Below, one piece after another: positions 16,491-25,553 of a stretch of DNA of 39,999 nt (position 1 is the stretch's first letter; every line of letters starts with the position of its first letter). Below the pieces are notes generated by a model. That model was not told the DNA's origin, searched no databases, and saw nothing but the letters and a program-made list of their open reading frames with translations. This DNA comes from a virus. Both the position numbers and the translations under genes were made by a program. The stretch lies in the IMG/VR virus record IMGVR_UViG_3300028909_000011. One strand, given 5' to 3'.

Positions 16491-17279
16491 ATGAGTATTT
16501 TTAAGCTGATGGATTGGGTCTTTCCATTGCGACTGTATCAGTCGAATGTAGCGGCTGCGGTTATCGGTGGCGCTGTCGTTGGTGGCGCTGTCAATGCATA
16601 TTCTGCAAATACTGCATCTAATGCGCAACAGTCTGCGGCAAGTACTGCGGAAAATACGCAGTTGGATATGTACAACACGACCAACGCGCAGCAAGCGCCT
16701 TATAGGGCTGCTGGTGATACTGCGCTGGGTCAATTGTCGGACGGGACCGCGCCGGGAGGGCAATTCACGCATACATTCGATGCAAATGATCTGAATTCAA
16801 ATCTTGCGCCGAATTACAATTTCCAGCTTCAGCAGGGTTTGGGCGCAGTGAATAATCAGAACTCGGTGGCTGGCGGCCTAGTCGGCGGGAACGCCCTAAA
16901 GGGCATTAGCGATTATGCGCAGAACTCAGCGGCAAGCGCCTATCAGCAAGCGTTCAACAACTACAATACAAATCAGACGAATATTTATAATAGATTGTCG
17001 AATATTGCAGGTCTAGGTCAAACCGCAAATGGTCAGAGCGCGACATCAGCATCGAATGCGGCAAGCAATATCGGGTCGGCGCAACTAGCCAATGGCGCGG
17101 CATCGGCAGCAGGAACTATCGGGACTGGGAATGCAATTTCAGGGGCAATTAATAATGCTTCTGGTTGGTACGCTGGGCTGAATTCTGGAGGGTATAGCGG
17201 AAGCGGAACAGGTGTCTCAAATGGCGTTCAAATCTATGGCAATGGCACCACGGCCCAAGCGGCTGGGTTCACTCAATAA
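16491..17279 (+). CDS. Ejection/internal virion protein-like (gp7 position)
   Basis: 262 aa, Asn/Gln/Ala/Gly-rich, with an N-terminal hydrophobic segment. ATG 16491 lies 8 nt after GGAG. Confidence 0.55.
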   Translation: MSIFKLMDWVFPLRLYQSNVAAAVIGGAVVGGAVNAYSANTASNAQQSAASTAENTQLDMYNTTNAQQAPYRAAGDTALGQLSDGTAPGGQFTHTFDANDLNSNLAPNYNFQLQQGLGAVNNQNSVAGGLVGGNALKGISDYAQNSAASAYQQAFNNYNTNQTNIYNRLSNIAGLGQTANGQSATSASNAASNIGSAQLANGAASAAGTIGTGNAISGAINNASGWYAGLNSGGYSGSGTGVSNGVQIYGNGTTAQAAGFTQ

Positions 17280-17293
17280 AATAAAGGTAAGTC

Positions 17294-18736
17294 ATGCCAT
17301 TACAAATACCAGATCAGACAATCGCCGACAAAGGTATTCAGCCTCCTAACCCGTTGCAGACTATAAGCGGGATGCTGAACATCCAGAATCAGCGCGCCCA
17401 GTTGCAGGGTCAGCAGATTTACAACCAGGGAAATCAGGCGAATCTGGATGAGAAAACTTCAATCCGCAATCTGGTCAATGACCCTTCGGTGCAAAATCCA
17501 GATGGCAGCTTGAATCAGGATGCGTTCGCTGCTAAGGCGCAGATTGCCGCGCCAACTCTTGGTGCCGGGATAGCGCAAGGCAATCTCCAAAACCAAGGCA
17601 CGCAGACTGCGAATGCATCGAGCGCGTTCGCCCTCCATAAAGATTATGCCGGCACCATGCTGCAAACTGCGGCAGGGGTCATGGCTGATCCGCGCATTAC
17701 TGCTGGCACTCCATCAAACCCGAATACCCAATACGATCCAGAACAGGCCACAAACGCATTAACGGAGGCGATGAGCCAAGCGGAGGCGAAGGGTGTGCCG
17801 AAGGCGCAGGCATTGCTTGCTGTGGCTCCATTCGTCAATGCTGTGCATACGCCCGGCGCAGTTCGGCAGATGCTGGCGAATACCGTGCAGGGGCAACTCG
17901 GAGCAGGCGGCCAAGCAGCGCAAAATCTCGTCCCGGCTGGTGGCCAGCAATCTGTTTCGACAGATTCCAATGGGAACCCAATTACGACCTCACGCGATCA
18001 GTTCGGCAATGTCCAAGGCGTTGCGGGTACTCCGGTACAAGGCCAAGCGCCTACGCCGCCGAATATCGTGCCGCCTGGTGAAAGCCAAGCATCCATGAAT
18101 GAATTACGCCAGGCTCGGACTGCGACCAATACCGCTGCCGCACAGGTGCCGAACTCTCATGTCTACAACCAAAACGTGATTCGCTTGGCATCAGATCCGG
18201 CCATGATGAATCCGAATAGCTGGGCGGGCCAAGGCGCAGCCTATGCGGCGAAACTGGGCCTTCCTCCTGGAACTGATTACAAAACAGCGCTCGACCAGAT
18301 CAGCCACAATCTTGCCATGTCCACGCAGGCAAACGAACAGGCTATGGGCGTGCATACGGACGCCGGAGCGCAAACCACGGCATTGGCTACAGGATCAATC
18401 GGCATGACTCCTGCCGCGCTTGCATCTGCCGCCAAGATGAATGATGCGACTGCCAGCGGTTTGGACGCATTCAATCGAGGCCAAGAGGCGGCAATTTCGG
18501 CAAATGGCGGGAATGTCTCAGCACGGCGCGCATTTCAAAATGCATGGTCAAGCGCCTATAGCCCTACGGTAATGGCGCTCCATAATGCAATCGGAAGCGG
18601 CAATAAGGCCGATGTCACGAACATCATCAATCAAGTAGGAGGTCCCGGCTCAAAAGGCGCGCTTGACCTGGCCAATCGGGCCAAGGCTATCCAGAGCCTC
18701 GTGCAGACCGGAAAACTTCCTCAAGGTTCGCAATAA
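17294..18736 (+). CDS. Ejection/internal virion protein-like (gp20 position)
   Basis: 480 aa, Gln/Ala/Asn/Gly-rich and low-complexity. Size and position match P22 gp20. Confidence 0.55.
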   Translation: MPLQIPDQTIADKGIQPPNPLQTISGMLNIQNQRAQLQGQQIYNQGNQANLDEKTSIRNLVNDPSVQNPDGSLNQDAFAAKAQIAAPTLGAGIAQGNLQNQGTQTANASSAFALHKDYAGTMLQTAAGVMADPRITAGTPSNPNTQYDPEQATNALTEAMSQAEAKGVPKAQALLAVAPFVNAVHTPGAVRQMLANTVQGQLGAGGQAAQNLVPAGGQQSVSTDSNGNPITTSRDQFGNVQGVAGTPVQGQAPTPPNIVPPGESQASMNELRQARTATNTAAAQVPNSHVYNQNVIRLASDPAMMNPNSWAGQGAAYAAKLGLPPGTDYKTALDQISHNLAMSTQANEQAMGVHTDAGAQTTALATGSIGMTPAALASAAKMNDATASGLDAFNRGQEAAISANGGNVSARRAFQNAWSSAYSPTVMALHNAIGSGNKADVTNIINQVGGPGSKGALDLANRAKAIQSLVQTGKLPQGSQ

Positions 18737-21228
18737 TGGATGACTTTTCAGACCTGAGTAATGCAGTAGCGGAAGCCGCCGGCGCGCCGGTATCGCGCGC
18801 GACCTACACCATTCAAACGAATGGGACGAACAGCGCACCAGCACCAGCAGCACAACAATCGCCGCTTGATAAGGCGCTCGCAGCAGAAGGCACAACCGGA
18901 CCAGTGGCCGATATAGCGCGCAGCATCTATACGCAGGAGTCGGGCGCTGGCTCAAACACGAAAACATCGAACGCAAACGCTGTCGGTGGAATGCAGGTCC
19001 AACCGGATACTTTTTCAAGCGTTGCCGACAAGGGGTGGAATATTCATGACCCGGTGCAGAACGCACGCGCCGGTGTACGTTACGTGCAACAAATGTACAG
19101 CCAAGCCGGTGGCGATCCTGTGCTTACCGCAGCTGGCTATTATGGCGGTCCTGGTGGGCTTGAGAAGGCTCGTCAAGGTATTCCAGTATCAGACCCGCGT
19201 AATCCTGGCGCGCCGAATACGCTCCAGTATGGGCAGCAGGTGGCGAGTCGTCTGCCTCAATCTTCGCCGGCAGTCTACGACCCCAATGCATTCAATGCTG
19301 ACGATATCGTTGCAGCCCTCACAGGATCAGGACAAGCGAATGCAGCGCAAGCGCAGCAGACCGTCGCCGGACCATCACAGGCATCGCAAATACCCGGCAC
19401 TAATGCCGTCGCGCCACCTTCGGACCATGGCGTAGCGCAGCCTGATCAGCCACAAACATGGTGGGACAAATTAAAAGGTGCTGGCGAAGCCGCATTGGCT
19501 ACAGGTACTGGACTAGCGGCTGGAGTGGTTGGGCCTGCTGCGGGGCTTGCCTATGGCATCACACACGATTATGGAACGCCACAGGGAGTTAGGAATGCTG
19601 CTGATGTTGCATCGAATGTTTCGGATTCGATGACATACGCGCCACGGACACAATCTGGCCAGCAGCAGACGCAGGCAATCGGCGACGCCATCAATAACAG
19701 CGGCGTCATGGGCTTGGCTCCTATTGCTGAAATGCAGATGCTAGGCCATATGCGCAATCCGAGCGCTGGCGGCGTGCCGATTAGCGACATTACGCAGGAT
19801 GCGCCAGCCCGTATCGAGCCTACATTGAAGCCGCGCATCAAGCTAGGCGTTGATGGATCACAAACTCCGATTGATTCGACTGGCGCACCAGTGACAGCAA
19901 CCGGCCCGCAAAGTGTCGGAGCAGCAGCATCCAGCTATTCTCAACAAGCTGCTGCTTCTGGTGCATCTCCTGAAATGGTAGCAGCTATCGCAAAGGCAGA
20001 AGAAAACGGACAATTAAATTCGACCGCAGCCGCTCGACATATTGAGGCAAGTTCACTTCCTGTCCCAGTTGATCTTACTGCCGGCCAAGCTACTGGAGAC
20101 GTTAATATCCTCTCTCATGAACAGAATACCAGAGGCGCGCAGCCTGGTCTGGCCGAGCGGTTTAATGGACAGAATGGACAATTAATAGAAAATATCAATG
20201 CAATTCGTGATCAAGCAGCACCAGACGTATTTGGCGCTAATCATGTAGAGAACGGGCAATCAGTCATCAATTCATATTTGGCAAAAGATGATCTTGCCAA
20301 TACCGATATTTCGGCAAAGTATCAGGCTTTGAAAGATGCGAATGGGGGCGACTTCCCATTGAAAGGGAGTGATTTCGTCAATTCAGCAGATGCCGCCCTT
20401 AAAGCGGATAACGTCACACGATTTCTGCCTCCGGAGGTAGGCGGGATATTAGGAGACTTGCGTGACGGGGGGGCAATGACGGTTAATGATTTTGAGAATT
20501 ATCGGACAATCCTTGCTCAGCAAGCCAGAAAAGCAGCGCGATCCGGCGACGGTACGGCTGAGCATGCAATCAATGTCGTTAGAAACTCTCTTGAAAGCAT
20601 CCCAATGTCTGATGAAGCAGCAGCTATCAAACCCCTAGCAGATGCTGCCAGATCAGCAGCAAAGGCAAGATTCGATGCTCTACGCGAAGATCCAGCTTAT
20701 AACGCTGCCGTCAATGGCACCGTGGCGCCTGATGATTTCATCCATAAATTTGTAGTGAGTGGGAAAGTTGGGGATGTCGGAATAATGCAAGCGAATCTTG
20801 CAGATGATCCGTCAGCAGCTCAAGCTATTGCATCGGGCGCAATCAACCATCTTAAAAACCGCGCGGGTGTCGGTAATGATGCTGGCAACTTTTCGCAGGC
20901 TGGATACAACAAGGCATTACAGGCGATGGCACCTAAACTAAACGCTCTCGTTCCATCTGAGCAGGCACAACAATTACAGACTCTTGGGAATGTTTCGCGC
21001 TATACGACCGAGCAGCCACGTGGGGCATATGTGAACAATTCTAATACCCTTGTTGGATCAATGGCAAATAGCTCAAAAGAACTCGTACTCGGGGTTCTCA
21101 ATGCAAAAACTTACGGCGCATCTGGACTGATTAGAAATAAATTAGCTGAACGGGCGGCGTCAAAGTCAGCAGCAAAATCTTTGGAAGTTGGAGCTGGCTT
21201 AACTAACATTTCAGGATTTCCAAAATGA
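18736..21228 (+). CDS. Ejection/internal virion protein with N-terminal lytic transglycosylase (SLT) domain
   Basis: 830 aa. IYTQESGAGS...VGGMQVQPDTF...ARAGVRYVQQMY...AGYYGG fits the SLT E-S...GLMQ...Y pattern. It is the last and largest of three ejection-type genes. Confidence 0.75.
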   Translation: MDDFSDLSNAVAEAAGAPVSRATYTIQTNGTNSAPAPAAQQSPLDKALAAEGTTGPVADIARSIYTQESGAGSNTKTSNANAVGGMQVQPDTFSSVADKGWNIHDPVQNARAGVRYVQQMYSQAGGDPVLTAAGYYGGPGGLEKARQGIPVSDPRNPGAPNTLQYGQQVASRLPQSSPAVYDPNAFNADDIVAALTGSGQANAAQAQQTVAGPSQASQIPGTNAVAPPSDHGVAQPDQPQTWWDKLKGAGEAALATGTGLAAGVVGPAAGLAYGITHDYGTPQGVRNAADVASNVSDSMTYAPRTQSGQQQTQAIGDAINNSGVMGLAPIAEMQMLGHMRNPSAGGVPISDITQDAPARIEPTLKPRIKLGVDGSQTPIDSTGAPVTATGPQSVGAAASSYSQQAAASGASPEMVAAIAKAEENGQLNSTAAARHIEASSLPVPVDLTAGQATGDVNILSHEQNTRGAQPGLAERFNGQNGQLIENINAIRDQAAPDVFGANHVENGQSVINSYLAKDDLANTDISAKYQALKDANGGDFPLKGSDFVNSADAALKADNVTRFLPPEVGGILGDLRDGGAMTVNDFENYRTILAQQARKAARSGDGTAEHAINVVRNSLESIPMSDEAAAIKPLADAARSAAKARFDALREDPAYNAAVNGTVAPDDFIHKFVVSGKVGDVGIMQANLADDPSAAQAIASGAINHLKNRAGVGNDAGNFSQAGYNKALQAMAPKLNALVPSEQAQQLQTLGNVSRYTTEQPRGAYVNNSNTLVGSMANSSKELVLGVLNAKTYGASGLIRNKLAERAASKSAAKSLEVGAGLTNISGFPK

Positions 21229-21229
21229 A

Positions 21230-21373
21230 CTATTTTTTCGGCTTGAAATTTAGACCGGCACCCACGCTAAGCGTCCACCTTACGAATTTAGCTTCACGTC
21301 GAGCCTTGATTTTGTCGATACACAAAAGCACTAAATAAAGTAGAACGCAAGCAATAGTAATCAGCACGAACAT
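21230..21373 (-). CDS. Small membrane protein on the opposite strand (moron-like)
   Basis: 47 aa, not in the ORF track: MFVLITIACVLLYLVLLCIDKIKARREAKFVRWTLSVGAGLNFKPKK. SD AAGGGGA 5-6 nt upstream. Lies in an AT-rich gap between the ejection and tailspike genes. Confidence 0.4.
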   Translation of the reverse strand: MFVLITIACVLLYLVLLCIDKIKARREAKFVRWTLSVGAGLNFKPKK

Positions 21374-21409
21374 GTTGTTCCCCTTGTTGTTTTTATCAGT
21401 TTAATCTCA

Positions 21410-21433
21410 CCTAGCAAAAATGCGAGGTTTTTT
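21410..21433 (+). terminator. Intrinsic-terminator-like hairpin 11 nt upstream of the tailspike start
   Basis: CCTAGC-aaaaat-GCGAGG (5 of 6 bp paired) followed by TTTTTT (21428-21433). Confidence 0.5.
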
Positions 21434-21444
21434 ATGGGCCACAC

Positions 21445-23196
21445 ATGACAGTCAGCCTTTCGCCAATATTAAATGGCTTCCAAGCCTTCCTGGCAACCGG
21501 CCTGCCGAACAATGGCGGCTTCATTTACACCTATCAGGGCGGCACGACTACGCCGCTGGCGACCTATACGACAAGCGCCGGGAACGTGGCGAATGCGAAC
21601 CCGATTCCGCTAAGTGCAGATGGGCGTCCGCCGAATGAAATATGGTTGACCGATGGAACCTCTTGCAAATTCGTCATAACTGATGCAAATTTAGTGCCAG
21701 TTCCTGGCGCGACATTTGACAATATTTCAGTGACGCCTGGCATATCTGCGGCATCTGGCGCCGGATTGATCGGCTATCAGCCACTTGGCACTGGGGCAGC
21801 CGCAACCACTGTAGCAGCATCCCTTCAACGTTACTTCGTTGACGGTGATGCGTTTATCAATCCATCCTACTCGAGTGCTGGCAATACCGCTGGGTGGGCG
21901 GCTCTTGTCGCCTACGCGCTAACACTCCCTTTCGGGGCGCACGTCATGGTGTCGGCGGGGACGTTCCTGTTCAGTGGGACCACCCCGCTTGCCAAAGGAA
22001 TGACGGTAACCGGCGCGGGAAAGTTTGCGACCATTTTCAGCTACAACCATACCGGCGACGGTATGACAATGACATCGCCTATAAACAGCAGCACCGCTGT
22101 TTATACCCATGTGGAAAATATTTACCTTAAAAACACTAACGTCAGCAACACCGGTGGGGGTTACGTCGACCTCGGGGGCACTTTCGTACGCCTGACCAGT
22201 GTACTTTCTTCGGGTTGGGGATACCCGTGCATCTTGGATCAGACAGAACTCGCCGATATCGACTACTGCGATTTCGAGGCGAACATTACTGCGGCGGTGT
22301 GGCTGACAAATGGCTCCGATCGTACCGCCGGCGCGAATGGCGGCTTTACAAACCGCATCGCCTTCCGGGGGTGCCAATTCAATGGGACCGCAGCGTGGGG
22401 GGTTATCGATGACGGCGGTTATAACCATACGTATTCTGACTGTAATTTCAATGGCTTTACTTCCCATATCCGAACAGCAGGGGGCGTAAGTATTAATGTG
22501 CAAACCTGCGAGATGGAGGGGGCTACCGGCCCTAACATCGTAGCAGCCTATACGACTGCAAAATCGGGAACGGGTGTTGGCAGCACGATAGGACTCAAAT
22601 TAGACTCCAACACGATCAGCCCAAGCGCGGGTAACACATGCCTGAACATCGTATCGCTGACTTCGCTGACATCGATCAATAATCGTTATGGCAACACCAC
22701 CGCCGCGAAAATTACCGGCTCCGCTCTATGCGGCTTCTTGTCCTCCGTTGGTGACACCAGTGGCGGAGGGGGGGCCATTATCGACGGCAGTGCAACATCG
22801 CAATTTAGCACCTCAGAACAAGGAACATTTTTACCAGTTTTAAATCTCGGAGGTTCCGTCACAGGTATTACATATTTGATTCAAAGCGGGGAATACACGA
22901 AGTGGGGCAATTGTGTAAATTTCAGAATCACACTCGCGCTGGCCAGTAAGGGTGCTGCTTCTGGGGTGGCGACTATATCCGGCTTGCCGTATCCTGGTGG
23001 ACCCTTCACTCAAGCGCTGCCGCCGCCATTCGCCACTGGGATAATCACATCTACCAGCGTAGGCGCATGGATCACAGCAGGATCATCTTCGATACTTCTG
23101 CAAAATTCAAATACAAATTTTAGCAGCGCATTGCTGGATACGAATCTATCAAATACAAGCTACCTTATTTTCAACGGGTGTTATTTTGTTCGCTAA
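21445..23196 (+). CDS. Tailspike / depolymerase (right-handed beta-helix type)
   Basis: 583 aa. N-terminus SLSPILNGFQAFLATGLPNNGGFIYTYQGGTTTPLATYT...NPIPLSADGRP is typical of tailspike/fibre anchor domains. The central region has repetitive N/G/T-rich beta-helix-like turns. Confidence 0.75.
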   Translation: MTVSLSPILNGFQAFLATGLPNNGGFIYTYQGGTTTPLATYTTSAGNVANANPIPLSADGRPPNEIWLTDGTSCKFVITDANLVPVPGATFDNISVTPGISAASGAGLIGYQPLGTGAAATTVAASLQRYFVDGDAFINPSYSSAGNTAGWAALVAYALTLPFGAHVMVSAGTFLFSGTTPLAKGMTVTGAGKFATIFSYNHTGDGMTMTSPINSSTAVYTHVENIYLKNTNVSNTGGGYVDLGGTFVRLTSVLSSGWGYPCILDQTELADIDYCDFEANITAAVWLTNGSDRTAGANGGFTNRIAFRGCQFNGTAAWGVIDDGGYNHTYSDCNFNGFTSHIRTAGGVSINVQTCEMEGATGPNIVAAYTTAKSGTGVGSTIGLKLDSNTISPSAGNTCLNIVSLTSLTSINNRYGNTTAAKITGSALCGFLSSVGDTSGGGGAIIDGSATSQFSTSEQGTFLPVLNLGGSVTGITYLIQSGEYTKWGNCVNFRITLALASKGAASGVATISGLPYPGGPFTQALPPPFATGIITSTSVGAWITAGSSSILLQNSNTNFSSALLDTNLSNTSYLIFNGCYFVR

Positions 23197-23209
23197 ATTG
23201 AGGTAAAAA

Positions 23210-23377
23210 ATGGACCAATTCAAACACATGATGGATGGCGTCTCTCTGGTGGCTGTTTTGACCGGGATATTTAACATGCTTCCGGCCTTTGTCACGGTTA
23301 TCTCAGGCATGCTATCTGCGATCTGGTTCGGGATACGCATTTACGAATACATCAAGACTAGCAAAGCGGGGGAGTGA
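23210..23377 (+). CDS. Holin (putative)
   Basis: 55 aa, not in the ORF track: MDQFKHMMDGVSLVAVLTGIFNMLPAFVTVISGMLSAIWFGIRIYEYIKTSKAGE. Hydrophobic core and charged C-terminus. TGATG coupling to the endolysin gene. Confidence 0.6.
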   Translation: MDQFKHMMDGVSLVAVLTGIFNMLPAFVTVISGMLSAIWFGIRIYEYIKTSKAGE

Positions 23378-23871
23378 TGCCACAAATCAACGTAACTCAA
23401 GCGGGCGGTCAGAACGTCTGCGCATTCCTCGATATGATCGCCAATTCAGAGGGAACTTCGCATGATCCTGCAACATTGGACGATGGCTATGATGTGCTGG
23501 TGACGGGGATTAATGGCCCGGCACGATTCGATAGCTACGTTTCGCATCCGGATGTTCTAGTGCAGGTAAATCATAGCGGGCTGGAATCGACAGCGGCGGG
23601 CCGGTATCAGCTTCTTTATCGGTATTGGGTGGCATATCAATCATCTCTGAAACTTCCAGATTTCAGCCCTGTATCTCAAGACCTGATCGCCATCCAGCAA
23701 ATCCGCGAACGAGGCGCTCTGCCATATATCGCATCTGGAAACTTCGCGCATGCCGTCCAGCTTTGTTCAAATATTTGGGCCTCATTGCCTGGCAATGGGT
23801 ATGGGCAGCATCAGAACACCGTAGCATTGCTTCAAGCGGATTATGTCGCCGCCGGCGGCACCGTAGCTTAA
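23377..23871 (+). CDS. Endolysin, lambda R-like lytic transglycosylase
   Basis: 164 aa. AFLDMIANSEGT...GYDVLVTG...SHP...STAAGRYQLLYRYWVAYQSSLKLPDFSPVSQDLIAIQQIRERGALPYI...CSNIWASLPGNGYGQ is nearly collinear with lambda R (AFLDMLAWSEGT...GAGRYQLLSRWWDAY...CSNIWASLPGAGYGQ). Confidence 0.9.
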   Translation: MPQINVTQAGGQNVCAFLDMIANSEGTSHDPATLDDGYDVLVTGINGPARFDSYVSHPDVLVQVNHSGLESTAAGRYQLLYRYWVAYQSSLKLPDFSPVSQDLIAIQQIRERGALPYIASGNFAHAVQLCSNIWASLPGNGYGQHQNTVALLQADYVAAGGTVA

Positions 23872-23889
23872 TTAAACAAGGAAATCACC

Positions 23890-24207
23890 ATGGCACGTAC
23901 CGTAATCGTAAAAGTACCAATGACCGACAGCGATAAAACTTTCGCGGCCGGAACCGAAACAACTGGCCTGCAAGTTACCCTGATGCGCGCCGACGTTCAG
24001 CTTGCGCAGCAGAACATCGCCCCTGATTCCAACGGCGACATGATCGCAACCTTTGATAACATCGAGGCCGGGATCGTCGTCGCGCTGGCGCAGTCGCTGG
24101 GACCGAATGGACCGCTGGGAGACGTCATGACGTCGGCGCAGTACACCGTTGATCCTGATCCGGTATCGATCAAGATTCCGCTGTCCATCGATCTGACGGT
24201 GTCGTAA
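23890..24207 (+). CDS. Hypothetical protein inside the lysis cassette
   Basis: 105 aa. SD AAGGAA. Beta-rich, with no TM segment and no recognisable motif. Confidence 0.55.
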   Translation: MARTVIVKVPMTDSDKTFAAGTETTGLQVTLMRADVQLAQQNIAPDSNGDMIATFDNIEAGIVVALAQSLGPNGPLGDVMTSAQYTVDPDPVSIKIPLSIDLTVS

Positions 24208-24298
24208 TGCGGTTCCTCGGATGGCTATCTGAGTGCTTCGCGCCCAAAGTCTCCATTCGGGTGCCGGCAGGTTTTCACATCAGGATCAAGGGCAAGTG

Positions 24299-24532
24299 AT
24301 GAATATCAAATACACTACTCTCATCATCATCGGCGTAATTGGGTATCTGGTCTGGGCTGCCATGGCAATCCTCGATCCCTCTCTGCGCCATGACTTTCTG
24401 GCTTTTAATATCATGATGGCGTCCGGGACAATAGGGGTCGTGGTGCGTGATATGAAATCGGGGGATGATCCAAAACCCCCTCCATCGCCGCCTGTTGCGG
24501 CCCCCACTGTAATTGTGAAGGAACTCCCATGA
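24299..24532 (+). CDS. Membrane protein (i-spanin-like or second holin/antiholin)
   Basis: 77 aa from ATG 24299. Two hydrophobic segments followed by a Pro-rich tail (DDPKPPPSPPVAAP). ATGA overlap with the lipoprotein gene. Confidence 0.45.
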   Translation: MNIKYTTLIIIGVIGYLVWAAMAILDPSLRHDFLAFNIMMASGTIGVVVRDMKSGDDPKPPPSPPVAAPTVIVKELP

Positions 24533-24936
24533 AAATCGTTATTGCCTTATTCGCCATCCTGCTTGCCGGTTGCGCTGGCGCGCCAATCCAACCGCTTACC
24601 CCTGCGCAGATCGTCGCGCAGATCAATACGCAAGTCTGTCCATCGGTGAAACTGATCCTGGCCGACCTGCAAACGCCGGGCCTCGTCACCGATCCCGCAT
24701 TGCTTGCCAAACTTCCGACGGTCCAGAACGACGTTACAGCCGTTTGTGCTGATGGCGCTACCCTGAATGCGGCGAGCCTGCAAACGCTTGCCACAAGCGC
24801 GCTGCCTATCGTCCTTGACGTGGTTAAGGCTGTACCGGGTCCGCAGCAAGACGCGGCGATTGCTGGAATTACCGCAGCGCAGATCCTGCTGCCGATCCTG
24901 ATTGCGCAAGTGCAAGCGCTGCCGGCCGTAAAATGA
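24529..24936 (+). CDS. Lipoprotein (o-spanin-like)
   Basis: 135 aa. The lipobox in MKIVIALFAILLAGC is a signal peptidase II motif. Position is downstream of the endolysin gene. Confidence 0.55.
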   Translation: MKIVIALFAILLAGCAGAPIQPLTPAQIVAQINTQVCPSVKLILADLQTPGLVTDPALLAKLPTVQNDVTAVCADGATLNAASLQTLATSALPIVLDVVKAVPGPQQDAAIAGITAAQILLPILIAQVQALPAVK

Positions 24937-25553
24937 TTACCCCGCTCCTGTTAGCGCAGTTCAGTAACGCCATCTATTCGCAGTCCACAGGATGGGACGA
25001 CTATTGGACGCTGGATGATGTCGTGGTGGCACGCAAGCGCGTTGACGATACTGATGTGATCGTGCATCGCGGCTCGGCAGTCGGCTCGGATTGGGTGAAA
25101 AACTTTACCGCTTATCCGAAGTGGCATTCTCAGCTCGGCTATTGCCATGCCGGGTTCCTGTCTGGCATGGATGAGGTATTTAGTGAAGTTCGCGTGGCTG
25201 TCGGCGCAAATGTCGCCATTACCGGTCACAGCTTAGGCGGGGCGCGTGCGCGGATATTGGCGGGACTATTCGCTTACAACAAAATCCCGGTTGATCTGCT
25301 GACCGTATTCGGCGCACCGAAGCCGGGATTTATCAACCTGGCGCGAATCATTCAGAAATCAGGCATCGTGCATACCTCATTTCGCAACAGAAATGACGTC
25401 GTTCCTACGCTGGCGCTGTCAATCGCCCCATTCCTTGAGTTCGTGCATACAGAAGATTGGCAGGTATTGAACGCCGCCCCGGCATCCGATAACTTGGAGC
25501 CGTTGCGGGACCACTCGATTGATTTGTATATCAAGGCATTGTCCGTCGCCTAA
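24933..25553 (+). CDS. Class 3 lipase / alpha-beta hydrolase
   Basis: 206 aa. Nucleophile elbow ITGHSLGGARA, Asp candidate NRNDVVPTL, His candidate RDHSIDLY. ATGA-coupled to the lipoprotein gene. Confidence 0.75.
   Translation: MITPLLLAQFSNAIYSQSTGWDDYWTLDDVVVARKRVDDTDVIVHRGSAVGSDWVKNFTAYPKWHSQLGYCHAGFLSGMDEVFSEVRVAVGANVAITGHSLGGARARILAGLFAYNKIPVDLLTVFGAPKPGFINLARIIQKSGIVHTSFRNRNDVVPTLALSIAPFLEFVHTEDWQVLNAAPASDNLEPLRDHSIDLYIKALSVA

Noticed and set aside
10239-23196. A diversity-generating retroelement targeting fibre or tailspike genes, as in some podophages with a P22-like coat.
   Set aside because: No reverse transcriptase ORF exists anywhere in the complete genome, and I could not find a template/variable repeat pair by eye.
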